This document shows, in pieces, positions 27,543 through 35,645 of a stretch of 42,270 nt of DNA. How positions within the stretch are numbered: the stretch's first letter is position 1; every line of letters begins with the position of its first letter. A model generated the notes under the pieces. That model was not told the origin of the DNA. It did not search any database and saw only the letters and a list, made by a program, of their open reading frames with translations. The stretch comes from Oscillospiraceae bacterium. GTDB taxonomy: Bacteria; Bacillota; Clostridia; Oscillospirales; Oscillospiraceae. A program made the position numbers and the translations under genes. Location of the stretch: NCBI GenBank assembly GCA_024698225.1, contig JAILRK010000242.1:1-42270 (forward strand), read 5' to 3'.

Positions 27543-28160
27543 ATGTCCTCAACCGCAGCCTATGCCAAACAGGCGGCGCGCACGCACCGCCTCGCCGTTG
27601 CCGGAATGCTTTCGGCGGTGGCCTTCGTCCTCATGTACATCGAGTTCCCGATTCCCGCGCTGATTCCCGCGTTCATCAAGCTGGACGTGTCCGACCTGCC
27701 GGAGCTGCTGGCGGCGTTCGCCCTTGGCCCCGTCTGGGGCGTGGTGGTGACGCTGTGCAAAAACGTGCTCTTCGCCATCCTGCACGGCACCTCCTCGAAC
27801 TACGTCGGCGAGCTGTTCAACTTCCTTGCGGGCAGCGTGTTTGCCTTCACCGCGGGCGTCATCTATCACCGCGGAAAAAGCCGCCGCAGCGCGCTGCTCG
27901 GCGCGGTGGTCGGCGCGGCGCTGATGGCGCTGGTCTCCGTGCCGCTGAACTACTTCCTCGTCTATCCCGCCTACGTCAAGGTCTACGGCATGCCGATGGA
28001 GGCAATCATCGGCATGTATCAGGCAATCAACCCCGGCGCGGACAACCTGATGAAGTGCCTGGTGCTGTTCAACGTGCCGTTCACCTTCTGCAAGGGCATG
28101 CTGGACGTGCTGCTGTGCTTCCTCGTCTACAAGCCGCTCTCCCCCATTCTGCACAAATAA
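27543..28160 (+). CDS. ribU: riboflavin ECF transporter S component
   Basis: MLSAVAFVLMYIEFPIP..PAFIKLDVSDLPELL.AFALGP, VGELFNF, FNVPFTFCKG; under an FMN riboswitch. Confidence 0.9.
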   Translation: MSSTAAYAKQAARTHRLAVAGMLSAVAFVLMYIEFPIPALIPAFIKLDVSDLPELLAAFALGPVWGVVVTLCKNVLFAILHGTSSNYVGELFNFLAGSVFAFTAGVIYHRGKSRRSALLGAVVGAALMALVSVPLNYFLVYPAYVKVYGMPMEAIIGMYQAINPGADNLMKCLVLFNVPFTFCKGMLDVLLCFLVYKPLSPILHK

Positions 28161-28233
28161 TTCCGCAGCGGTTCAGGACGGTTACAACACGGTCCTGAGC
28201 CGCATTCTATGATGAAAGAAAGGCGCTGATTCT

Positions 28234-29256
28234 ATGCCGGTTACTCTCTTTTCCTTCGGCTCCCTCAGCGACGGCACGCCGGTGCCCGCCGCGCGCATCG
28301 AAACCTCCGCCGGCGCCGCCGTCACCGTCATCGGCTACGGCGCGGCGATTCAGTCCATCCGCGTACCGGACAAAAGCGGCACACCCGTCGAGGTCGCGCT
28401 GGGCTTTGACACGGCGGCGGAATACGAGACCGGGCGCGGTCACCTCGGCGCGGTCATCGGGCGCGTTGCCAACCGCCTCGGCGGGGCGGAGTTCTGCCTG
28501 AACGAGACGCGCTATCGGCTGGTCAAAAACAGCGGCGAAAACCACATCCATGGCGGCGTCCGCGGCTTTGACAAGTTCGTCTGGACCATGACGGCGCAGG
28601 ACGACGCCGTCGTGTGCGAGCGGCTCTCTCTCGACGGGGAGGAGGGCTACCCCGGAAACCTCCGCATCCGCATCACCTATCGGCTGACGGAGGACAACGC
28701 GCTGCACATCGTCTACGACGCGGACACCGACGCCGACACGCTGGTGAACCTCACCAACCACAGCTACTTCAACCTCAACGGCGGGGGCGACGCGATGGCG
28801 CACAGCGTGCAGATTTTCGCCGAGCGCTTCTGCGAAAACGACGAAAACGGTCTGCCCACCGGCACGCTGCTGGACGTGGCGGGCACGCCCTTTGACTTCC
28901 GCACGCCCAAGGCGGCGGGCGCGGACATTGCGGCGGAGCACGCGCAGCTGCGCCGCGGCAACGGCTACGACCACAACTACTGCCTTGCGGGGCGGCGCGC
29001 CGCCGTCGTCAGGGGCGAGCAAAGCGGCATCGTCATGACCGTGGAGACCGACCTGCCCGGCATGCAGTTCTACTCCGCCAACGGCCTGCGCGTTCAGCCC
29101 GGACACGGCGGCGCGATGATGGGACCGCGGCAGGCGCTGTGCTTTGAGACGCAGCTCTGGCCCAACGCGCTGCGCTGCTACGGCTTCCCCTCCCCCGTGC
29201 TGCGCAGGGAGCAGCACCTGCACAGCGAAACGGTCTACGCCTTCTCCCTTGCGTAA
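28234..29256 (+). CDS. galM: aldose 1-epimerase (galactose mutarotase)
   Basis: GRVANR, HIHGG..GFD, DGEEGYPGNL, NLTNHSYFNL, GYDHNY, CFETQ. Confidence 0.93.
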   Translation: MPVTLFSFGSLSDGTPVPAARIETSAGAAVTVIGYGAAIQSIRVPDKSGTPVEVALGFDTAAEYETGRGHLGAVIGRVANRLGGAEFCLNETRYRLVKNSGENHIHGGVRGFDKFVWTMTAQDDAVVCERLSLDGEEGYPGNLRIRITYRLTEDNALHIVYDADTDADTLVNLTNHSYFNLNGGGDAMAHSVQIFAERFCENDENGLPTGTLLDVAGTPFDFRTPKAAGADIAAEHAQLRRGNGYDHNYCLAGRRAAVVRGEQSGIVMTVETDLPGMQFYSANGLRVQPGHGGAMMGPRQALCFETQLWPNALRCYGFPSPVLRREQHLHSETVYAFSLA

Positions 29257-29261
29257 CCACA

Positions 29262-29296
29262 ACGGTCCGGCGCCGCAAGACGCCGGACCGTCTTTT
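29262..29296 (+). terminator. rho-independent terminator
   Basis: ACGGTCCGGCG-ccgcaaga-CGCCGGACCGT then CTTTT. Confidence 0.8.
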
Positions 29297-29299
29297 GTC

Positions 29300-29328
29300 T
29301 TGCTTTTTCCCGTGCCCGTTGGTATACT
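29300..29328 (+). promoter_or_regulatory. sigma70 promoter
   Basis: TTGCTT-17nt-TATACT with TGn extension. Confidence 0.7.
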
Positions 29329-29358
29329 GGGGTGTGACTTTTTTCCACGGAGGACGAC

Positions 29359-30114
29359 ATGAGCACGTTTCTGACTCTTGCCTATCTGTTTTTCATCGGC
29401 TCGCTGTTCGGCTGGGTGCTGGAGCTGGTGTTTCGCCGCTTCTTTTCCAGGGCAAATCCCGAGCACCGGTGGATTAACCCGGGCTTCTGCGTGGGCCCCT
29501 ACGTCCCGCTCTACGGCTGCGGGCTGTGCATCCTCTATCTGCTCGCCGCGTTGGGTGATGCGACCGGCTGGGAGGACAGCGCAGCGGGACGCGCGCTGCT
29601 GTTTCTCGGCATGGCGGTGAGCATGACCGCCATCGAATACGTTGCCGGCGTGCTCCTGCTCAAGCTCGCCAAGGTGCGGCTTTGGGATTACAGCATGCTC
29701 TGGGGCAACGTGGACGGGCTGATCTGCCCGCTGTTCTCGCTGTTCTGGGCGCTGCTGGGCGGCGCGTATTACTTTTTTGTCCACCCGCACATTCTCGACG
29801 CGCTGAACTGGCTGGCAAACAACCTTGCGTTCTCCTTCGTCATCGGCTATTTCTTCGGCGTGTTCACCATCGACGTCGCCTATTCGTTCCATCTTCTTGC
29901 GCGGCTGCGGCAGTTTGCGCAGGAGGAAGAGGTTGTCGTCAAGCTGGAGAACCTCAAGGCGCACCTGCACACGGCGCGTGAGCGCGCGCGGCTTTCCCAG
30001 CGTTTCTTCTTTCAACTGCACACCGTGCGCCCGCTCAGCGAGCATCTGCGCGAGGCGCTGGAGGCGCTGGAGCAGGCGCACCGCTCGGACGCCAACCGGC
30101 GGAGCCATTCTTGA
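29359..30114 (+). CDS. putative ABC transporter permease (CmpB/DUF1113-type membrane protein)
   Basis: FFIGSLFGWVLE, INPGFCVGPYVPLYG, IEYVAG, LWDYS, NVDGLICP. Confidence 0.85.
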   Translation: MSTFLTLAYLFFIGSLFGWVLELVFRRFFSRANPEHRWINPGFCVGPYVPLYGCGLCILYLLAALGDATGWEDSAAGRALLFLGMAVSMTAIEYVAGVLLLKLAKVRLWDYSMLWGNVDGLICPLFSLFWALLGGAYYFFVHPHILDALNWLANNLAFSFVIGYFFGVFTIDVAYSFHLLARLRQFAQEEEVVVKLENLKAHLHTARERARLSQRFFFQLHTVRPLSEHLREALEALEQAHRSDANRRSHS

Positions 30115-30131
30115 AAAAGGAGTTTATTTCC

Positions 30132-30587
30132 ATGCACTCAGACATTGCAACCCACAAAGCAGAGGAACTCAGCGGCGGCAACGCCTTCGCGGTCTACAAC
30201 CATCTCGAGGTCGAACACGTTGAGCAGGACTACGCCGTCTTCCGCCTCAACGTGCGCCCGGAGAGCAAAAACCCCTTCGGCTTTGTCCACGGCGGGCTGC
30301 TGGCGGGCATGGCGGACAACGCCGCAGGCTATGCCGCCCACAGCGACGGGCGCACCTACGTCACGCAGTCGAGCCACCTGAACTACCTGCACAACCAGGC
30401 GGAGGGCGTCATCCGCGCCGCCGGACGCGTGCTGCACCGCGGACGCACCATCTGCCTTGTGCGCGTGGACATCCTCGGCGAGGGCAGCACCCTGCTCGCC
30501 ACCGGCGAGGTCAGCTATTTCTGCGTTGACCCGGACGCACTCGAACGGCGCATGGAGCAGTCCGAGCAGACCGGCAAGGCGGTATAA
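30132..30587 (+). CDS. PaaI-family hotdog thioesterase
   Basis: NPFGFVHGGLLAGMADNAAG; AAGGAG RBS before ATG 30132. Confidence 0.9.
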   Translation: MHSDIATHKAEELSGGNAFAVYNHLEVEHVEQDYAVFRLNVRPESKNPFGFVHGGLLAGMADNAAGYAAHSDGRTYVTQSSHLNYLHNQAEGVIRAAGRVLHRGRTICLVRVDILGEGSTLLATGEVSYFCVDPDALERRMEQSEQTGKAV

Positions 30588-30601
30588 ACCGGACAGAGCG
30601 A

Positions 30602-30738
30602 ATCAAGCAGGAGGGGCACGTTGCGCCCCGTCCTCTCACACCACCACCGCGCGTACGGTTCCGTACACGGCGGTTCAACCGTATACGTGCAGAGACTCAT
30701 ACCGGTCAAGGATACTAATGTGCGCTCGCCGGGCGCAC
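30602..30738 (-). mobile_element. internally deleted class C (IIC) group II intron relic, 137 bp
   Basis: Minus strand: 5' GTGCGCCCGGC directly after a terminator hairpin; then an RT C-terminal remnant ISILDRYESLHVYG*; then domain V/VI TGAACCGCCGTGTACGGAACCGTACGCGCGGTGGTGGTGTGAGAGGACGGGG...CCCCTCCTGCTTGAT 3'. Confidence 0.85.
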
Positions 30739-30739
30739 G

Positions 30740-30781
30740 AAAGAGGGTGCAGAAAGCCTATCGGTTCTCTGCACCCTCTTT
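30740..30781. terminator. rho-independent terminator of the large surface-protein gene; intron target hairpin
   Basis: AAAGAGGGTGCAGA-N14-TCTGCACCCTCTTT. Confidence 0.85.
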
Positions 30782-30800
30782 GCGTGTTCTTCTGTTCTGC

Positions 30801-33800
30801 TTATTTGCAGAACCGCCAGAGCATCGTCGCAACGACCGCCCGGGTCGAGGCGTCGGACGGAGCAAGCAAGAGCTTGCCGTCCTTGTCGATGCCGTTCACG
30901 ATTCCGGAGCCGCACGCCCACTGCATTGCGCTCATCGCCCAACCGCTCACGCTGAACGCGTCGTCATAGCTGAGGATATTCGTATCCTCGCCGACGCTCA
31001 CGTCCATCTTCTTGTGCTGCGCGTAGCGATACAGGATGGCAGCGAGCTGTTCGCGGGTCACAGGGTCATTCGGGCCAAATCTGCCGTCCTCGTAGCCGTT
31101 GACGATACCCTCCGCGCTTGCCCAGCGGATTGCGGGACCGTACCACTGCTCGTTGTCTACGTCGGAGAACTCGCTCATGCCGACGTAGGCAGGGCTGCCT
31201 TCGAGCCTCCACAGCATCGTGGTGACCTGCGCGCGGGTGGTGGTGTCAGCGGGAGCGAACTTTCTGTCGCCCACGCCGTTCATCACGCCGTTTTCCAGCG
31301 CCCAATGTACGCCGTCGTGATACCATTCGGCCGCGTTCGCGTCGGTGAACTTGTCGATTGGGCAGCTCGCGTCCTTCGGGCAACCCTTCGCCAACTCTTC
31401 GTCGTACGCAATGACATAGTGAGAGAAGTGCGTTACGCTGAACACGACGTTCTTCCCGTCATAGCTCGACGGAACCTGCGCGTGTGTGCCATCGTCCGCA
31501 ACATACCACACAACGAGGCCCTTGCCGTCCTGACCGTCCTTAAGTGTGCAGGGGACGCTGAGCGTGGCAACGCCGCCCTTGAAGTCGCTGATGCGCGTGC
31601 CGTTGGACGTAATGCAGACGTCCACGACCTTCTGCACTTCCATTTCCTGCACGGTATTACGCTGTGCGTCGTTGAGACTGCTTTCGGAAACGACGTCCAG
31701 ATTGAGCCGGATATCCGTACTCTTCGCCGCGTCGATAATGGCGCTCTGCGCCGCCGCGTCGAACACGACGCTGCCGTCGGTCAGCGTGACCTGAAGGCTG
31801 CTGCCGCTTTCCTTGACCGCCTTGACGGTCTCGATGGGAATGACTACGGTCTTGATGTCCTTGGCGACGCCGCCGACGTCAATGGAGACCGTGTTCGTCG
31901 TTTCTGCACCGGCGGCAGCGTTGCTCTCCGTCACCTGCGCAAGCTGTGCGTCGGTCAACTTTGCGACCGTCACCGTCGTGCCACTGACGCTTGCCTTGAC
32001 GAGGATGGAGCCGGAGGCCGTGTCGCTCGTCACGGGAACGGTGACGCTGCTCGAGCTGCTGCCGCCGCTGCTTCGCGGCATCAGTTTGTTTGCCAGCGCG
32101 GAAAGGCTGACGATACCGTAACCGTAAGCGTTGTCATAGCCGGTTTCGCCCGCGTCCACGGCGGTCTGGCGCAGAAGCTCCTTGAATTCGTCCACGGTCA
32201 TGTCTTTGTTCCGCTGCTTGGCTGCCGCCGCCATCGCTGCCACAACGGGAGAAGCGTAGGATGTGCCGTCGGCGATCTTGCAGCGTCCCGAGAGAGACAG
32301 ACCGAGCAGAACAATATCGCCGCCGGGTGCGGTGACGAAGACCTTATCGTTCTTCGTGGAGCTGGTGCGCACGACACCGTTTGCTTCCACCGCGCCCACG
32401 CCGATGACACCCTCGCAGGCGGCGGGATAGACATACGCATCCTCCGTTGAGTCTGCCGTGCCCGCGTTGCCCGAGGCGGCGGTGATGATGACGTTTTTGG
32501 ACACGGCATAGGCAACCGCCTCGTTCAGCTCCTCCGTCTCCTTGACATCCATACTGGTGGTGATGACATCCGCGCCGTAAACATCCACGGCCTCGCGAAT
32601 GGCGCGGGCAACCAGCTTGCTGGACGCCCCGTCCGTATCCTTGTCGGGCGCTTTGGGAGAGATTTTCAGGGGAATGATCTCGACCCGATCCAGCAAGCCC
32701 GCCACGCCGAGCGCGTTTCCTGTTTTTGCGGCAAGGATGCCCGTAACGGCGGTACCGTGCCCGTTGTTGTCGATCAGTGCGCCAGCCGGCATTTCCTTGT
32801 CGTCGTCATAGTTATAACCGTCCAGAATGCGGCTGTAATCCAGATCGCCGTGCCGTCCCGTGACGCCGCTGTCCAGCACGGCGATTTTGATGCCCACGCC
32901 GCTGAGGCCGGAGCGTTTGAACGCCTCCGCGCCGATGAGCGCGAAGCTCTGCTGCTGGAGCTTGTAATAGGTGTCGTTATACGCGAGGCCTGTGGCGCGG
33001 ACGGGCTGCTCTTCAGTGATGGGTTGCGGCACACGGGAAACCAGTGCCACGCCGTACTGCTCCGCAGCCGCCTCGAGCGCGTCGCGCTTTGTCAGGCAGC
33101 CGATCGCGTAGGAACCAAGCTCCGCGAAGGCGGAGGCTGCCGCCCGCGCGGTTTCCTCGTCCGTAATTTCTTCAATCAAGGCGTCCACATGCGCGGCGGC
33201 GGAGCGCGAAAGCGCCTTTCGCGCCGCTTCCTTGATGCCCTCTGAGCTGTGGGTCGCTCCCGATACGGCGTCAACCTCCGCGGACTGCGCCTCCTTGATG
33301 GCACTGTGCAGGACGGAGGCGCTGTCGTAATAGGTAGCGGTATCCTTGCGATTGGTGCCCGTCACGGACGTGATTGCGCCGTCCGTAATCTCCACCGTCA
33401 CCGTCACGGAACCTGTTCCCGCATGGCCCGTGCCCTCGTCGGTATAGGTGCCGTCCGCCCATACCACATCCCCGTCGTCGGCGGTCAGGACGGGCTCCGT
33501 ATAGGCGGCGGAATAGAGGCCGGTGCAGAGGATGATACCGTCCACACCTCCGCCGTTGTTGTTCCACGCGGGACAACCTCCGCTTCCGTTGGATTCTCCA
33601 ACGGCAATCAGCTCACCGTCGCGGAGCGCCAGCGCGTTGATCCAGTCGCCCGCCGTCGTGCCGTAGTTCTCCGTCCAGACCAGTTGATCCTCCGCGTCGT
33701 ACTTGAGCAGAACGGCGTCCTCGCCGCCATAGCTGCCCCAGTCATAGCCCTCCGCGAGGCGGTCATCCTCGTGCATCATACCGGACTGGTTGGAAGCGAT

Positions 33801-35276
33801 GATGTACCCGCCGTCCGGCGTGGCGAGGATCGCCTCGGGTCGGCTGTCATTGTCGTTGATCGTGCCGAAGCTCGTCGCGTGGACCAGCTCGCCGTCGGCG
33901 CTGTAGTGTACGGCAAGCGTGTCCTTCACGCCCGTGACCTGCCAATTCTCATCGGTGTCGGCGTCGGCGGTGGACGTGCCGGTCACAGCCACGGAATCGT
34001 CGGTGAGCACGACGATGCCGCTGTATTCCGCCTTGATGTACTCCGCCGCGTCGGTGGGAACCACGCTTTGCGCCTCGCGTCCGGCGGAACGGTGCCACAA
34101 AAGCGAGCCGTCCGCGCCGTTCAGCTTGGCAATCACCGCGTTTTGCGCGTTCTTCGCAATGGCATCATAGCCGACGAGGTAGATATTGTCCTGACTGTCC
34201 ACCGCGATGTCCTCCAGCCGCTCGGACGGGCTGGAAATGTTGTTCGCGTTTTCGGAAACGCTGTAATTGTGAAGCGCCGTGTATTGCAGATTCCCATCCT
34301 TGTCAAATTTCACGACGATGCTGTCCGAGCCGCTGGACGCAACGCGGTTGGGAATCTCATCGTTCGTGCCGTCCTGCGGCTCCCAGAGCTGCGTGAGCGG
34401 CGCATAATTCACCCGATCCGTAGAGCTGGTGAGGTAACCGGACTTGCTGGCAGACCAGCCCGCCGCCACAAAGCCGCCATCGCTTGTTGCGGCGACGCCG
34501 TAGCCCTGGTCACCCGCTGTGCCGCCGATGCGGTAGTCCGTATAAACATCGGGATCGTTCGGGTCGATGACCAGCAGATACCAGCTCACGCCCTTGATGG
34601 TTTTGTCCTCCGAGTTGAAGGACTGCCTCCCCAACGCAACAATCCTGCCGTCGTTCAGCACGTCGATGCTCTCGAACACATCGACGCCGTCCGTCGCGTA
34701 TGCCTTGGCCCACTCCAGCTCATGGACGGCGTTGAACTTCATCAGGATCGCGTCGTTGTAGTTGGCGTTGCCGACGTGCTTCCATTCCGGCGAGTCGCTG
34801 TCGCCGAAGGAGTAGCCCATGGCGACAAAACCGCCATCCTTCGTGAATGCGACGCCGTGCAGCGCGTCCGTCTTCTCGCCGCCGTAGTTCTTTGAGCTTT
34901 GGAACACCGGCGCGGCATCCTCTGCCGACGCCGACGCCAGCGCCGATTTCACCGCTTCGCGAATGCCTTCGCAGCTGTGGGTCGCGCCGGAAACTGCGTC
35001 AACCTCCGCGGAATTGGCGGCAACGATGCTGTCCAGCATGGTTTTCGCCTTCTCCCAAAATACCTTTGTCTCCTTCTGATAGACGGTTTCAATCGCGGCA
35101 ATGCCTCCATTCTGAACCGTCACGCTCAGCTTGATGTCCCCATCATAGCCCTTGCCGACGCCGGTGTATGTCCCGTCCCGGTAGAATGCCGCGCGCACGG
35201 AAAACGGCAACATCCCCAACATCAGAACAATCGCCAGTGCTGTGGCAAAAAGGCGCTTTGTTATTTGCTTGTTCAT
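30801..35276 (-). CDS. 1491-aa cell-surface protein: signal peptide, FMN-bind, beta-propeller-like repeats, FMN-bind, S8 subtilase, Ig-like region, 3x SLH
   Basis: GAGGGAGG RBS before ATG 35276; two YxDGTYT...VDAVSGATHS domains; repeated W.K.YG..GGF...G units; triad VLDSG / NGHGT / GTSYASP; SLH FTDANAAEWY, FSDVDNEQWY, TREQLAAILYR, TRAVVATMLWRF. Confidence 0.88.
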   Translation of the reverse strand: MNKQITKRLFATALAIVLMLGMLPFSVRAAFYRDGTYTGVGKGYDGDIKLSVTVQNGGIAAIETVYQKETKVFWEKAKTMLDSIVAANSAEVDAVSGATHSCEGIREAVKSALASASAEDAAPVFQSSKNYGGEKTDALHGVAFTKDGGFVAMGYSFGDSDSPEWKHVGNANYNDAILMKFNAVHELEWAKAYATDGVDVFESIDVLNDGRIVALGRQSFNSEDKTIKGVSWYLLVIDPNDPDVYTDYRIGGTAGDQGYGVAATSDGGFVAAGWSASKSGYLTSSTDRVNYAPLTQLWEPQDGTNDEIPNRVASSGSDSIVVKFDKDGNLQYTALHNYSVSENANNISSPSERLEDIAVDSQDNIYLVGYDAIAKNAQNAVIAKLNGADGSLLWHRSAGREAQSVVPTDAAEYIKAEYSGIVVLTDDSVAVTGTSTADADTDENWQVTGVKDTLAVHYSADGELVHATSFGTINDNDSRPEAILATPDGGYIIASNQSGMMHEDDRLAEGYDWGSYGGEDAVLLKYDAEDQLVWTENYGTTAGDWINALALRDGELIAVGESNGSGGCPAWNNNGGGVDGIILCTGLYSAAYTEPVLTADDGDVVWADGTYTDEGTGHAGTGSVTVTVEITDGAITSVTGTNRKDTATYYDSASVLHSAIKEAQSAEVDAVSGATHSSEGIKEAARKALSRSAAAHVDALIEEITDEETARAAASAFAELGSYAIGCLTKRDALEAAAEQYGVALVSRVPQPITEEQPVRATGLAYNDTYYKLQQQSFALIGAEAFKRSGLSGVGIKIAVLDSGVTGRHGDLDYSRILDGYNYDDDKEMPAGALIDNNGHGTAVTGILAAKTGNALGVAGLLDRVEIIPLKISPKAPDKDTDGASSKLVARAIREAVDVYGADVITTSMDVKETEELNEAVAYAVSKNVIITAASGNAGTADSTEDAYVYPAACEGVIGVGAVEANGVVRTSSTKNDKVFVTAPGGDIVLLGLSLSGRCKIADGTSYASPVVAAMAAAAKQRNKDMTVDEFKELLRQTAVDAGETGYDNAYGYGIVSLSALANKLMPRSSGGSSSSSVTVPVTSDTASGSILVKASVSGTTVTVAKLTDAQLAQVTESNAAAGAETTNTVSIDVGGVAKDIKTVVIPIETVKAVKESGSSLQVTLTDGSVVFDAAAQSAIIDAAKSTDIRLNLDVVSESSLNDAQRNTVQEMEVQKVVDVCITSNGTRISDFKGGVATLSVPCTLKDGQDGKGLVVWYVADDGTHAQVPSSYDGKNVVFSVTHFSHYVIAYDEELAKGCPKDASCPIDKFTDANAAEWYHDGVHWALENGVMNGVGDRKFAPADTTTRAQVTTMLWRLEGSPAYVGMSEFSDVDNEQWYGPAIRWASAEGIVNGYEDGRFGPNDPVTREQLAAILYRYAQHKKMDVSVGEDTNILSYDDAFSVSGWAMSAMQWACGSGIVNGIDKDGKLLLAPSDASTRAVVATMLWRFCK

Positions 35277-35351
35277 AGATCCTCCCTCAAATTTTTTTAT
35301 TTGCACGACCACGAGGGTCGGACAAACCACAATCATGCTCCCGCCACGCCT

Positions 35352-35601
35352 TGTGAGCTCCGGCTAACAGCAGGCTGCTTTCCGGCAAAGCAACAGAAGC
35401 TCTGCGGCAGATTGTTAGTTTTTGCTAACAGCTAATCAGTAAAAAAAGGACTGTGAAAGCCCGGGTTCATCAAACACTTTGATATTTTTGGGTATGATAA
35501 CACAAGCTCCGGCAAAATGCAACACACAACTTGCCAGTCGCGACAATTTTTGTTAGCCGAAGGAAACTCTTGACAGCGCTCACGAGTTAGCATATACTAA
35601 C
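35352..35601. promoter_or_regulatory. divergent promoter region with four GTTAG-N6-CTAAC-type palindromes (DtxR/MntR-like operators)
   Basis: Sites at 35352-35369 TGTGAGctccggCTAACA, 35413-35430 TGTTAGtttttgCTAACA, 35552-35567 GTTAGccgaagGAAAC, 35586-35601 GTTAGcatataCTAAC; rightward TTGACA-17-TATACT (35570-35598); leftward TTGCAT-17-TATCAT (35522-35494). Confidence 0.7.
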
Positions 35602-35645
35602 CGCGATGAAATACAATATGGCACTTTGTAAGGATGGGAGGCGGC

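Noticed and set aside
28168-28203. Hairpin GCGGTTCAGGAC...GTCCTGAGCCGC between ribU and galM
   Set aside because: No U-tract; could be a weak terminator or stabiliser, too uncertain to call
30515-30709. 64-aa ORF containing VEPPCTEPYARWWCERTG
   Set aside because: This is the translation of group II intron domain V RNA, not a protein
35412-35431. TTGTTA...TAACAG as a Rex operator (plausible for a hydrogenase)
   Set aside because: Half-site spacing is TGTTA-N8-TAACA rather than the N6 of Rex, and the sister sites share GTTAG-N6-CTAAC; Rex is not fully excluded
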